The notes beneath the pieces were generated by a model that was given only the letters and a program-made list of their open reading frames with translations, searched no databases and was not told the origin of the DNA. Positions 12,220 to 22,859 of a stretch of DNA of 64,000 nt are shown here, one piece after another. The first letter of the stretch is position 1. Each line of letters begins with the position of its first letter. The position numbers and the translations under genes were made by a program. This stretch comes from Candidatus Bathyarchaeota archaeon (GTDB lineage: Archaea; Thermoproteota; Bathyarchaeia; Bathyarchaeales; Bathycorpusculaceae), in the NCBI GenBank assembly GCA_963767735.1, contig CAVYES010000006.1, positions 512,001-576,000 on the forward strand, given 5' to 3'.

Positions 12220-12588
12220 ATGGAGCTAATCCAGACAGTTAAAGACTTCGATAATCTTTTAGTTCAGGTTACCGAAGAAACAATCAAATACTGTTTAGGA
12301 GACGCAAATGCCACTATTATTTGGAATTATCTTGAAAAACGAAACTGCCCGATAACCGAAGTTCCAATCAGACCTGAAATTTTTTCGGAGGAACTTAGAA
12401 ATATAATGGGTTTTGGGAGACGACAGATTCTTGGGGCGGCGGCAATACTTGAGGAAACAATACTTGAAATATTTTATAAAAAGCTGGGAATCAACTTTGA
12501 ATGTGAAAAACCAATCAATTTTTCATACCAAGTTAGAAAATTACGTAATCAATACAAAACCGGAGACATACGGAGGTGGGAATTATGA
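12220..12588 (+). CDS. Small helical protein of the kind found beside archaeal receiver genes (DUF3227/NitrOD5-like)
   Basis: IKYCLGD..IWNYLE..PEIFSEELRNIMG..AAILEETI pattern; overlaps a REC gene. Confidence 0.55.
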   Translation: MELIQTVKDFDNLLVQVTEETIKYCLGDANATIIWNYLEKRNCPITEVPIRPEIFSEELRNIMGFGRRQILGAAAILEETILEIFYKKLGINFECEKPINFSYQVRKLRNQYKTGDIRRWEL

Positions 12589-13037
12589 CAATTGAAAAAT
12601 CCCGAATCCTAATTGTAGATGATGACAATGAGATAACCGAGTCTCTAAGTAGAGTGTTGGAATCTGAAGGGTACCGAACCGATGTAGCTCACACCGTAAA
12701 AGAGGCGATTGAAAAGTCTTACGAAAACGATTACAATTTGACAATTCTAGACATCAAGCTCCCGGATGGGGAAGGCACATGCATTCTAAAGTTGCTGGAG
12801 GAGATTTCGCCGAAGACGATGAAGATCATGCTAACTGGACACCCGATATTAGAAAACGCCGTTAATTCTTTGAATTATGGTGCAAATGCCTACATGATTA
12901 AGCCCGTAGATTTAGATTCCCTTTTAAAGACAATAAAAGACAAAATTGAAGAGCAGAGAGCTGCTGAAACAGCTACTGAAGAAAGTATCGCCATCTTTTT
13001 GCAAACCAGAACAAAAAAACTATTAACGATGAAATAG
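12576..13037 (+). CDS. Response regulator (receiver domain)
   Basis: ILIVDDD, LDIKLPD, LTG, KP motifs. Confidence 0.9.
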   Translation: MGIMTIEKSRILIVDDDNEITESLSRVLESEGYRTDVAHTVKEAIEKSYENDYNLTILDIKLPDGEGTCILKLLEEISPKTMKIMLTGHPILENAVNSLNYGANAYMIKPVDLDSLLKTIKDKIEEQRAAETATEESIAIFLQTRTKKLLTMK

Positions 13038-13053
13038 GCTATCCGCCAGAGAT

Positions 13054-13656
13054 TTGGAGTTGCATAAGAAAATGACTCAAGTAATTGGAAAAGAGGATAA
13101 ACCAACCAGAATATTAGTTGAAGAGGACATAAACATGAGAGCAACAGTAGATGCTGTCCTCAAGAAGAATGGGTACTGCATCAATCTTGCTGCTATCCAA
13201 AGCGAAACAGCAACGCGAACCGTTGATGTCCCATTTAATTCGGCTGTAAAAGATGATCGGTTTCCAGACGTGGAACGCATAACGCACTCGCTTCTAAAAG
13301 TTCAAGAAATCACGGAGGCTACTCACTTGCTTTGGCCAAACGAAAAAACCGCAACAAAAATAACCACTGATACCGTCGAAATCATAAATCAAGCTTGCAA
13401 GAAAAATTTCTCATTTTGCAACGGAAAAAGCTTAAAATGCCTAATGGGCGGATTATTCTATCTTCTAGGCTTCAGGTATGATGATCCAAAGAAACAAATA
13501 GAAATAGCATTCGTTCTTCAAATAACGGATGTCTCAGTAAGATCATCTTACAAAAGGTGGTTTAGAGAGTTTCCAGAGTTGTTTCAAAGCGCAATAACAA
13601 AGCTTCCGGAACAAGAGTTTCGTTGTCGTCGTTATCCTATTTCGCGTTCGCAATAG
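13054..13656 (+). CDS. Degenerate receiver fused to a TFB C-terminal cyclin-like domain
   Basis: N-terminal RILVEEDINMRATVDAVLKKNGY; C-terminal GKSLKCLMGGLFY..QIEIA..ITDVSVRSSYK resembles TFB GKDPMGLAAAALY..QKDIA..VTEVTVRNRYK. Confidence 0.55.
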   Translation: MELHKKMTQVIGKEDKPTRILVEEDINMRATVDAVLKKNGYCINLAAIQSETATRTVDVPFNSAVKDDRFPDVERITHSLLKVQEITEATHLLWPNEKTATKITTDTVEIINQACKKNFSFCNGKSLKCLMGGLFYLLGFRYDDPKKQIEIAFVLQITDVSVRSSYKRWFREFPELFQSAITKLPEQEFRCRRYPISRSQ

Positions 13657-13875
13657 CGGACTTCGCATAATGGACGGCTGGAAAAACGAAGTTAGTAAAT
13701 TAAATAACCAAGGGCCGATTCAAGACTTTTGATTAAATTTTGCACAAGCTACAGACGACGCGTTATTAAGTTTGTCCAATCAAACCGTGGCGGGTCATTT
13801 CAAGAAAGTGGCTCCTGGAATGGGTTTCATCCTTGAGTTTAGTAACTTTGGCAACTTAAAAAATATGGGAAAAAC

Positions 13876-16554
13876 TTATTGTGCAATTTGGTAGTTTTCT
13901 TTTCCATTATTGTTTAATTTTGGAATGATTATTGTGAATTTTGCTCCTTTACCCGGTGTACCGTTCTCTTGAATTTGCCAGCCGTAAACATCCATCATTT
14001 TTTTAGTCAAAAATAGCCCAAAGCCTGTGCTGCCTCCAGTGCTGAAACCCCCCGAGAAAAGACGCGGCTTATTCTCAAAAGGCACGCCTACTCCATCATC
14101 CTCATAAACCAACTTCAGGCTTTCTTGATCACCCCTTTCAAAGTACACTCTGATAGTTGTGGTTTTTTCACCGTATTTTCTTGTATTATCAATAAAATTA
14201 TAGAACATCTGCCTAAGAAAAGAATCCGCAAGCAATGTTAATCCGTGACATTCATTAATCATCTTTGGGACGGGCGCTGAAAAAAGAGCAGTTGCTTCCT
14301 TTAGTTTCTGTTCTGCATCAATGTAAGTTATTTCTTCCTCACCCATTTGTTCGTACATTTTGGCGAAATCGAAAATCCTAACAGTCTCTTTAATAGCGTT
14401 CTCTATCTTGCCTAAATCATCAACAATATCAGCCTGGTCACTATGCTTTTTCTTAAGCAAATAAGCATAACCATTTATCCCTGAAAGCTTGTTGCGGACG
14501 TCGTGCCTAGTTAAACTTCCAACCACTCGAAGTTTTTCATTTAATAGCCCGATTTTATCCAAACTATTCGACAACGATTCTAAAGAAAACGTCAAGTCAG
14601 CCTCTGTATTTTTTTGGTTGATAATGTCTGTAGCAATACTGGCCGCCCCAACAAATCCCCCGTCTTCATTGAAAATAGGTGTTCGATTTAAAATTACTGG
14701 CACCACTGACCCGTCTATGTTCTTATGTGAAATTTCAGTTGACCAGCTTTCACCCGCCCTTAACCTTTTAGTGGCTCCCTCTGCTTCTTCTGGTGAAGTA
14801 CCAAATAGATCAGTAACTTCGCGACCCAGTGCTTGTTCTTCTGACCAACCATAGAGTTTTTCTGCTGCTTTATTCCAAAAGCGAATTGTTCTGTTACTAT
14901 CCGCCATTATGACAGCTTGCCCAACGTGATTTAGCAAATCAGCCTGAAATTTAACGGATTCTTCAGTTTTCTTGCGTTCAGTAATGTCTTCGAATACGGC
15001 TGCAAAAAAACCTTTTCTCGGTGAATAAACTGAGACATTCAGCCAAATATTTAGGGGTTTGAAGAAAATTTCAAACTTTTCTTTTTGACCGGTGACTGCA
15101 ACTCGTCCGTAAATTTCAAAAAGCTCTGGAGTAGTCTCTTTAATTCCTGGTATTGCAAGAGTTACTTTTTTTCCGATAACTTTGTCTTTTTTCAAACCTG
15201 TTATTTGTTCAAATGCCTCATTAATTTGAAGATATACAAAATCATCAGGCTTTCCAGATGCGTCAAATATCATTTGGCAAAATGCAAAACCATCGATCAT
15301 GTTCGAGAAAAGAGAACTATAGTCTTCTTCACTTTTTCTTAACGTTCCCTCAAATTTCTTGAGTTCAGTAATGTCGCGTACAGTAGCCTGCAACACTTCT
15401 CGACCTTTCAGCGGCATTCTTGTTAAAAGTACGTCTGCAGGAAAAGTTGCACCATCCACTCGCTTGTGAATCCAGAAAAAGTGATCGGTACCTGCCTGAA
15501 AACCCTTTTTGATGTGACTCATGGCGGCGTCCATGGATGGTGTGCCGTCTGGTTGAGTTGGAGGAGACAAATCTGATGGATGAAACTTTGTAAACTCCTG
15601 CAATGACTTGCAGCCAAACAATCCGAGCGTAGCTTTGTTGCAGTCAAAAAAACCCTTCTCGTCAAGCAACATTAAAGCATCCATTGATGACTCGAACGTT
15701 GTTTGGTATTTCTCTTCGCTCTCCTTTAGCTTCTCTTCAGCTTCCTTGCGTTCACTGATGTCGATGATTGTTCCTTCTATTATTCCTTGTTCAGGGTAGA
15801 GCTTGAGTGAGGTTAGACAATTTCTGATTCCGTGATGTTTATGTAGCATTTTGCATTCGAAATCTTTAACATACCCGTTGGCTTGGAGCAGGCGAACCAT
15901 CTCTTGTCGCTTAAGTGGGTCAGCCCAAAAACTCGTCGAATGCTTTCCCCGCATTTCTTCACGGGTAAGACCAAAAATACTTAGATATTTCTCGTTGAAG
16001 TCAAGAATTTCAGACCCATCCAGCTTAGTTCTGAACATTCCCACTTCGGAGTTATTAAAAATATTCTGGTACTTTAACTCTTTATCAGTTAGCTCTCGTT
16101 TGGATTTCCAGTGTTCCACGCCTAGTTTCATGCCGTGGACAAGTTCGCCATAGACAGTCTCGGGATTGCCTTGCTTGTTGAAGTAACCGTCTGCGCCAAG
16201 GTTTAGTGCTTTTATGGCTACTTCTTCTCTTCCTTTTCCGGTGAACAAGATGAAAGGGATGTTATTGTTCTGTTTACGCAACTCAGTTAGGAACTCGAGG
16301 CCGTTTTTTTGGGGCATTTCATAATCAGAAATGACAACATCATATTGCCCCGTTGACAGTTTCTTGAGGGCTTCATCTACGCAACAAGCGTGGTCAATTT
16401 CGAAGTTGCCCATATCCATTAGGATTAGCTTTGAGATTTCGAGAATAGTTGGGTCATCGTCAACGTGCAAAATATGAATTATGTTCTTTTCGTTTGAAGG
16501 CTTTAAATTGGCCCCTTCGACGGTGACTCTGCACTCTTGTTCATACGTTTGCAA
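13876..16554 (-). CDS. REC-multiPAS histidine kinase
   Basis: Receiver, four PAS/PAC units (DITERK), RHDVRN H-box, EDDGVG and GFGL ATPase motifs. Confidence 0.92.
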   Translation of the reverse strand: MQTYEQECRVTVEGANLKPSNEKNIIHILHVDDDPTILEISKLILMDMGNFEIDHACCVDEALKKLSTGQYDVVISDYEMPQKNGLEFLTELRKQNNNIPFILFTGKGREEVAIKALNLGADGYFNKQGNPETVYGELVHGMKLGVEHWKSKRELTDKELKYQNIFNNSEVGMFRTKLDGSEILDFNEKYLSIFGLTREEMRGKHSTSFWADPLKRQEMVRLLQANGYVKDFECKMLHKHHGIRNCLTSLKLYPEQGIIEGTIIDISERKEAEEKLKESEEKYQTTFESSMDALMLLDEKGFFDCNKATLGLFGCKSLQEFTKFHPSDLSPPTQPDGTPSMDAAMSHIKKGFQAGTDHFFWIHKRVDGATFPADVLLTRMPLKGREVLQATVRDITELKKFEGTLRKSEEDYSSLFSNMIDGFAFCQMIFDASGKPDDFVYLQINEAFEQITGLKKDKVIGKKVTLAIPGIKETTPELFEIYGRVAVTGQKEKFEIFFKPLNIWLNVSVYSPRKGFFAAVFEDITERKKTEESVKFQADLLNHVGQAVIMADSNRTIRFWNKAAEKLYGWSEEQALGREVTDLFGTSPEEAEGATKRLRAGESWSTEISHKNIDGSVVPVILNRTPIFNEDGGFVGAASIATDIINQKNTEADLTFSLESLSNSLDKIGLLNEKLRVVGSLTRHDVRNKLSGINGYAYLLKKKHSDQADIVDDLGKIENAIKETVRIFDFAKMYEQMGEEEITYIDAEQKLKEATALFSAPVPKMINECHGLTLLADSFLRQMFYNFIDNTRKYGEKTTTIRVYFERGDQESLKLVYEDDGVGVPFENKPRLFSGGFSTGGSTGFGLFLTKKMMDVYGWQIQENGTPGKGAKFTIIIPKLNNNGKENYQIAQ

Positions 16555-16823
16555 TAGCCAAAGCTCCAGGTTACCTATGCTTGATTAAATTTGTAATAAA
16601 TCAGTTATGAATCTCAAATACTGATTGCAGGTTGCTTCAATTTTCATCAAATGAAAAATGCTCGTTGTTTGCGTTTTGATTTGTTGAGTTGATTTTACGC
16701 TCTTTTATGAAAACTCAGACATAATCCACTTTACTGGTAAAAACTTGTGGGCTGATTTTCAGAAATATTGGTAAATAAGCTACGACTGCGCCTATTTAGC
16801 AAAAATAACCTCGAAAATGGCTT
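16466..16823. repeat. 358 bp direct repeat, copy 2 (partner 10153..10510)
   Basis: By-eye identity, ending just before the tRNA-derived core. Confidence 0.85.
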
Positions 16824-16874
16824 ACAAAAAATGGCGACGGGAGGGGGATCCCAGCACCTTTTTACCAGTAAAAA
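16730..16874 (-). repeat. tRNA-Ser att-like repeat C
   Basis: TTTACTGGTAAAAA ... ATGGCGACGGGAGGGGGAT (16831-16849) CCCAGCAC CTTTTTACCAGTAAAAA. Confidence 0.88.
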
Positions 16875-17295
16875 TGAATTTTTGAATGTGTTTCTTGAAG
16901 GAGCGGGTTCGATGGGACCAAACTAGGTGTTAAGCTTAGTACTGCCCGCCTAATTTTGGAAGAGCACAGTGATTTATTTCATTTCTTTTTTATCTCTGCT
17001 TCCAGTCCTTTTTACTTTTGTTTTTCGTTTGGTTTTCTTTTTTCTCGTTAGCAGGTTTGTTTTTCGTTTTGCTTTTTATTTTTATTTCCCTCCTTATTAT
17101 AACTCTCCTCCATGCTTATCCGCTTTGCCTTCCGCCCCCGATTCGTTGACCGCTCAAGTGAGTAATGCTGAGAATGCAGTAGTTTATCTCTTAAGAAAGT
17201 GGAAAGCTTTAAGGAAAACTGCCCATAATATTTATTGCGGAATTTGCACAGAAACTTCATTAGTTTCTTATGTTAAAGGCGCTATAATCTTATTC

Positions 17296-17946
17296 ATGCC
17301 CAATTATTCCAAGAAGTCATTGCTAACTGCTAGCGACGAAGAATACTCAATGTTAATTGAGGTTAGTGAAGAATTTGAAAAACAAAAAACCGACAAAACA
17401 GCCCTCGAAAAATCTGGAACTGCAACAGAATTAGTCATACGCAATCACCTCATTAAGAGAAACCTTAATCTTTCAATGATTCCAAACGTCACAATTCAAG
17501 GATCAAAGATAAAAAATGATCTGCTTCTTTTAAAAGGCGACATAGACCCAAACCAAAAAAACTTCCCGACTACCAGTGTGAAGATGATAATAGAGATTAA
17601 GAACAACGCTGTCGGTGGTAAAATTTTGAAGAACGGAAAGCGGGAAGACCCTAACAAGGTGCTGCGCGCTAAATTCAGTGAGCTTGAAGGAACTACCAAT
17701 GTGAGGAATTTTGGTGTTATCGTTCTTTCTGAAACGCTACTTCCACCAAGAGGTCCTTACAAATGGCGATTTAAAGAAGAGGCGATAGGAAAAGAAAACT
17801 GCAAAGTCTTTACCTTAGTTGCCCGTCAGCTTTATCCTCCTGGCGGACTCTACATCAAGTCCAGCATAATAGAAATGCTTCAAAATGAGCAGATGAAAAA
17901 AACCGGAGAATTTCAACAGCTGATCAATTATCTTCAGAATTTGTAG
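17296..17946 (+). CDS. Putative PD-(D/E)xK nuclease-fold protein
   Basis: E..KNDLLL..MIIEIKNN motif; likely start MPNYSKK at 17296, as the upstream part of the ORF call is low-complexity. Confidence 0.5.
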   Translation: MPNYSKKSLLTASDEEYSMLIEVSEEFEKQKTDKTALEKSGTATELVIRNHLIKRNLNLSMIPNVTIQGSKIKNDLLLLKGDIDPNQKNFPTTSVKMIIEIKNNAVGGKILKNGKREDPNKVLRAKFSELEGTTNVRNFGVIVLSETLLPPRGPYKWRFKEEAIGKENCKVFTLVARQLYPPGGLYIKSSIIEMLQNEQMKKTGEFQQLINYLQNL

Positions 17947-18319
17947 CCGTAAAAAGGGCAGTCTTAAGCGCGTTTGGGAATAGCTAAGCTTCACAAGCTC
18001 CCTCAGAGTTTCATGATTGACTGTAGAAAGAACCCAAAGTAGAAGGATATAAAAAGAAACGATTTCAGGTTTAACTTGCTTGCTTGTTTGATAGACAAAA
18101 ATGTAATAGAGTAAGTCTATGTCATTCAAGCCATGGTAATCGAAATCTCAACTACATCTCTCCAAGAAATTCTTTCTAAGAAGCGTTTTCTTTCTTTAAC
18201 GAGCCATTGTCCAAGAGTTTTATGATGTTAAAAATAATAAAAACAGAAAACCAAGCAAGAAGGAAAGATAGCTTCAAGAATGAGAATGAGCCATTTCTTT
18301 TGTAAGAAGGAGAGCTTAA

Positions 18320-18445
18320 ATGTCAAAGAAAGGAGAAACCGGAGAACAAGATAGAGGAAAACCTCAGCCTCAGAAGAAGAAGGATAGAGATGCTAAACGC
18401 AAAGATAAAAAGTCCGCCAGACTTGAAAGACAAAAGTCCAGATAG
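18320..18445 (+). CDS. 41 aa basic peptide (MSKKGETGEQDRGKPQPQKKKDRDAKRKDKKSARLERQKSR)
   Basis: GGAG RBS upstream; purine-rich open frame. Confidence 0.45.
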   Translation: MSKKGETGEQDRGKPQPQKKKDRDAKRKDKKSARLERQKSR

Positions 18446-19480
18446 TATAATAGCTACATAATTTCATTTCAAATTTTCTAATTTCTAAACGGATAAACAA
18501 AAGGGAGTAAAGGAAAACATAAAATAGGAAACTAAACCCATTGGCGACTACTGCTATTAGTTCTTTAACTCATTTCCTAATTTGCTGGTCGTCTAAATTA
18601 CCAATTTTACTCAATTTATGAGTTTGTAGACGAGAAGATTATCCCATATTATTTTGCGTGAGGTTTTGAACCCTTTTGGGTCAGGACGGACAGCTTCAAC
18701 CTTGGTCAAAATATGGGAAATATCCTTTTAGTTAGCGAGGTTATAGCAGAGGGGTAAGCTTTCTAAAATCAAAATTCCTCAGAATCTTTGCGTATTTATT
18801 TTTAAATAATTTAAAGCACTGTTCATAGTCACATATCTTAGAGTTATCAATATCAACGTAACTTTTCAATTCGGTTTTAGTCAAAATATCAAATTTCGTT
18901 ATATATAATTTATCACCATAATTACTTAATTACTCTGCTCTATCGCCTATGAAATTTACGATTATGCCGATTGCTTTTTACATAGGCGTTTTTAGGTTTA
19001 GGTTTATTTTCTTCATTAGGTTTAATTTTATTTTCTTCATTTTGGTTACTCAATTTACTTCGACCTCAAACTATTATTAAACATTCGACATGATTACTGT
19101 GACAATTCAGAGGTTAAAAATAAAGGCGTTTAGGGCTATTAAGACAATAGCTAATTTAGAGAATAGTGGCTATTGTTAAACTTTTTGTCTTTTTAAAATT
19201 TCGTTTTCTAGCAACTTTTTTGCATAAGTTGATACTCTCGATGAATACCGATAGTGGTGGTAACGTAACTGCTGAACTTGCAGAGGGCTCTGATAAGGTG
19301 AAAGTCGAAAAATACGGTTTAAATAAGACTTTTGAATTAACGCAAAATGACAGAGTTCTCTTTATTGAACCGAAAAAGCATTGGTGGCAATAAGTCTTAA
19401 ATCTAAAGCTGGCTTAGCGCCAAAACCAAGTTAAAGCGTACTGCATTTGAGTGTTAACTGAATTTAAAGTCCTAATTAGG

Positions 19481-19777
19481 TCATGGAATATACTCTTTAA
19501 CAAGCTCCTCTGCTTGTTCCTTAGACAGGTAATCTGACAGAAATATCTGAATAAGTTCTCTCAAAGCGGTTCTTCGCAGTTCCTTGTTGTATTGGGTATT
19601 AGATGCATCGTTGATTCTGCTATTTTGATTGTTGATCCCGCTACATGGATTGTTGATGTCATAATTTGGATTGTAGAAGTCACTATTTGGGTTATTTAAA
19701 TAGCTATTTGGATTGTCGTCTTGAGCCTTCAACTTTTTGACAATTTGTCTGAATATACAACCGATTGTTACAGGCAT
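19481..19777 (-). CDS. Hypothetical Asn-rich protein
   Basis: ATG start with AGGT upstream; NPN repeats. Confidence 0.45.
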   Translation of the reverse strand: MPVTIGCIFRQIVKKLKAQDDNPNSYLNNPNSDFYNPNYDINNPCSGINNQNSRINDASNTQYNKELRRTALRELIQIFLSDYLSKEQAEELVKEYIP

Positions 19778-20241
19778 ACAATTACTACCTTTTAAACTGG
19801 TCTATTTCTAAGGGAAAACATTCTTATTAGTCTATAAGGTTCAATGCCAGATCCTTATCTTTCTATGGCAACCGCGCGCTTTCTCGAGTAGCATACTACC
19901 TAGCTCTCATTGGTGGAATACTGCTGGTAATCTTCGGGTTGCTATCACTTGTCGGATATGCTTCCTCATACATTGGATCGTTTTTGGATTATAGCATCAA
20001 TTTATTGGTAAAAAAAAATTTTGTTTTACTGCTTCATCTTTTTTGTTCTAATTATTTACCACTGCAAGCCAAACTGGGCAATAATCCATGACATTTACAC
20101 ACTTAAACACATATACTTATAAGCATGTATATGTATATATGTTTATGTAAATAAGCGAACTCCAAAGGAACAAAAAACGGTCAAACAAGCTGCTATTAAT
20201 CGTAACTCGCTTATTTCAAAAATAGGGACAAGTGACTAAAA

Positions 20242-20385
20242 TTGGGCCGAATAAACGTTGACATCTCAGACGAATTAGAAAAACAGCTGAGATTGAAAAC
20301 TGTGGAGCAATTCGGCGGCAAAAAAGGCGACTTATCTAAAGCCGTCCAAGAAGCCGTAAGAGCATGGATCAACATCAAACAATAA
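20242..20385 (+). CDS. 47 aa ribbon-helix-helix protein
   Basis: Translates as MGRINVDISDELEKQLRLKTVEQFGGKKGDLSKAVQEAVRAWINIKQ. Confidence 0.7.
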   Translation: MGRINVDISDELEKQLRLKTVEQFGGKKGDLSKAVQEAVRAWINIKQ

Positions 20386-20612
20386 AGTTGCTCCTCAAAA
20401 TACTGATACCTAAATTATACGACGCCTAAATAAAAGGCAAGGGCAAGCCAGCTAGCCTGGAACATCCTCGTATGAGGGTTAGGGGCAATCTAGCTGGAAA
20501 GATCCCTTTGAAAAATATCCCAAGCAAAGCTGCGACGCTGTTGCTCGCCAGCTCAGAAAGAAAATTCGAAAATGTTCCTGCAGATTAATAGAAAGATAAT
20601 GGAGTCAGAAAA

Positions 20613-21590
20613 ATGAGTATAACCCAAATGAGTACAAGTAATGAAGTCCCAAAAATTAATCAGCGCTTAGTTGATAAGTGCCCTGAATGTGCAAGCAAAA
20701 ATCTAGTTCATGATTATGACTCGGGCGAAACCATCTGTGGTGACTGCGGTCTAGTTTTGTATGAACAAATGATGGATAAAGGGCCTGAGTGGCGTGCGTT
20801 TACCCAAGAGGAGAAAGCGTCAAGAAGCCGCGTCGGCATGCCCACATCTTATTCAATTCATGATAAAGGCTTATCCACAGCCATCAGCCAAGTGGACCGA
20901 GATGCCTTCGGAAGAAAACTCCCATTATCCACAAGGCTGCAAATGTGGCGTCTTAGGAAATGGCAAATACGCAGCCGAGTACATTCATCCGTCGACCGAA
21001 ACCTCGCTCAAGCAATGGCTGAACTTGAACGTTTGTCGAGCAAAGTTTCTATTTCAGCGCCAATAAAAGAAAAAGCTGCCGTCGCTTACAGAAAAGCACT
21101 CGACAAAGGCTTAGTTCGAGGAAGATCAATCAACGCCATCGCCGCAGCTTCACTTTATGCTGCTTGCCGAAAAAGCGGATCACCAAGAAGCCTTCGCGAA
21201 ATCGCTGAAGCTAGTCTTGTTGCTAAGAAAGATGTTGCAAGATGCTATAGACTTCTGCTGCAAGAGTTAGATTTTCACATGCCAACTTCTGACCCATTGA
21301 CGTATGTATCAAAAATTGCAGAAAAAACTGGAATATCAGGCAAAACACAGGGCGCCGCCATCGCAATACTAAGGATGGCTAGACAAAAACGAGTTTCAGC
21401 AGGAAAAGACCCTATGGGTTTAGCTGCTGCCGCACTCTATATCGCCTGTTTACAGAACGTCGAAAAAGAAACACAAAAAGACATTGCAGAAGCAGCTGGA
21501 GTCACAGAAGTTACAGTTAGAAACAGATACAAGGACCTAATGAAGCGACTGAACCTCGAAACCCCTGATACGCTAAAAATTCGCTTATAG
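20613..21590 (+). CDS. tfb: Transcription initiation factor IIB
   Basis: CPEC..CGDCG Zn ribbon, GPEWRAF B-reader, two cyclin repeats. Confidence 0.97.
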   Translation: MSITQMSTSNEVPKINQRLVDKCPECASKNLVHDYDSGETICGDCGLVLYEQMMDKGPEWRAFTQEEKASRSRVGMPTSYSIHDKGLSTAISQVDRDAFGRKLPLSTRLQMWRLRKWQIRSRVHSSVDRNLAQAMAELERLSSKVSISAPIKEKAAVAYRKALDKGLVRGRSINAIAAASLYAACRKSGSPRSLREIAEASLVAKKDVARCYRLLLQELDFHMPTSDPLTYVSKIAEKTGISGKTQGAAIAILRMARQKRVSAGKDPMGLAAAALYIACLQNVEKETQKDIAEAAGVTEVTVRNRYKDLMKRLNLETPDTLKIRL

Positions 21591-21604
21591 GCAATATCGA
21601 CTAA

Positions 21605-21840
21605 ATGATCTGCCGATTAAGACTATCGCTTATGACAACGTTGGGAATCGCGACATTTCTGGGGGTAATCGGGGTATTCTCTTCCTTTGGAATTCTCTAC
21701 ATCGGGTTAGTTGTCTTGAAGTTAAACCTACTTGTGCTCCAATCTTTCATATACCTGAAGCGATCAGCGGCGGGAAATTTGACCGTGTTTGCGCGGGGAC
21801 TAAGGGTCATTTTTGGTCTGTTAAACCTGCAAAGCCTCTC
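21605..21840 (+). pseudogene. C-terminal fragment of a P-type H+-ATPase
   Basis: LGVIGVFSSFGILYIG..LQSFIYLKRSAAGNLTVF resembles the QSxIYLKLSVAGHLTxF segment; no N-terminal part. Confidence 0.55.
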
Positions 21841-22004
21841 AACCCCAAAAGGGGGCGCGGAACCATATATCAAAATAAGAAACTTTTAAGAAAAATCTGG
21901 AAAAATAACTTACAGAAACCAAGCGGGCACCTATAACATAAGGTAACGCCATCCAACGGTAGCTGTCAGACATGTTGAAGGTGAAAAAGTAGTGCGTAAA
22001 GAAG

Positions 22005-22751
22005 CTACATTCGTTTTCCTTTTTCCCAGTAGTAAAGGAACAAGTCTTTAACCCAGTTGTGGAAGGCGGGGTCGGTGCCGAAGAAGCCAGCATAGTCTAT
22101 CCTGCCTCCAAGTTGCATAAAGCATATGCCAGCCGCTTTCTCGGTAAGAGTGACTATTGCGGGAAGCTCCGATAGTCCACTGTATTCCACGTTTTTCGGC
22201 ATTTCAGAAATGCTTTCAACGGCTGGAAGGCGTTCTTTTGAAATGAGCATTTTCATTTGTATTCCCTGCTTAACGCGTTGATTCATAATTGGAATCATGT
22301 GTTCTGGAATGGTACCTTCGGCGATACCCCAAGCATACTGCTTAGCCTCAGCGAACGCTTGCGCGCCAAAATTCAAGTTCTTAATGCTATCCATCTCAAG
22401 CTCTGCACCTGCAAGCTCGCCTAATCTATTCACGAGTTGACAGGGAAGCCTCATCAAATCATGCGTTGAAAAATACTCCTTGTGCTTGGAGATAAAATCT
22501 AAAGAAGTGGAAATCTGAAGAACCAGCTTGCCATATTCAGCAAGAGCGAAGGTGCCATCAGGCTGACGCTGAATCAACGAAGCAGCACTCAACCGTTCAA
22601 GCTGCCGAAAAGCCTCCGTGGGAGAAATATTAATTCGGCGGGCGATTTCCTGCATTTTAAGAGTTTCAACCCGTAATTCCTTCAAAATGCTCAGTCGACT
22701 CTCACTCGCCAACTCAAAAAATAACTTATCCAATCCTGCGTTATTGCTCAT
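22005..22751 (-). CDS. ArsR-like HTH regulator with C-terminal DUF1724-type domain
   Basis: LFFELASESRLSIL..RQLERL HTH; C-terminal WVKDLFLYYW. Confidence 0.8.
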   Translation of the reverse strand: MSNNAGLDKLFFELASESRLSILKELRVETLKMQEIARRINISPTEAFRQLERLSAASLIQRQPDGTFALAEYGKLVLQISTSLDFISKHKEYFSTHDLMRLPCQLVNRLGELAGAELEMDSIKNLNFGAQAFAEAKQYAWGIAEGTIPEHMIPIMNQRVKQGIQMKMLISKERLPAVESISEMPKNVEYSGLSELPAIVTLTEKAAGICFMQLGGRIDYAGFFGTDPAFHNWVKDLFLYYWEKGKRM

Positions 22752-22859
22752 TTTTTTCGCCCTTTACTAAACTTTTGATTCCACTTATTACTTCTTAGCA
22801 TCGGTATCAAATAAAACTAATCACACTCTGCGACTCTTTAGTGACTGAGGAAGACAAAA

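Noticed and set aside
10153-16823. Duplicated kinase 5' ends as a DGR template/variable pair
   Set aside because: No reverse transcriptase in the window and no adenine-specific mismatch pattern
16969-17295. Phe-rich N-terminal extension of the 325 aa ORF
   Set aside because: Low-complexity T-rich sequence; the ATG at 17296 is a more plausible start
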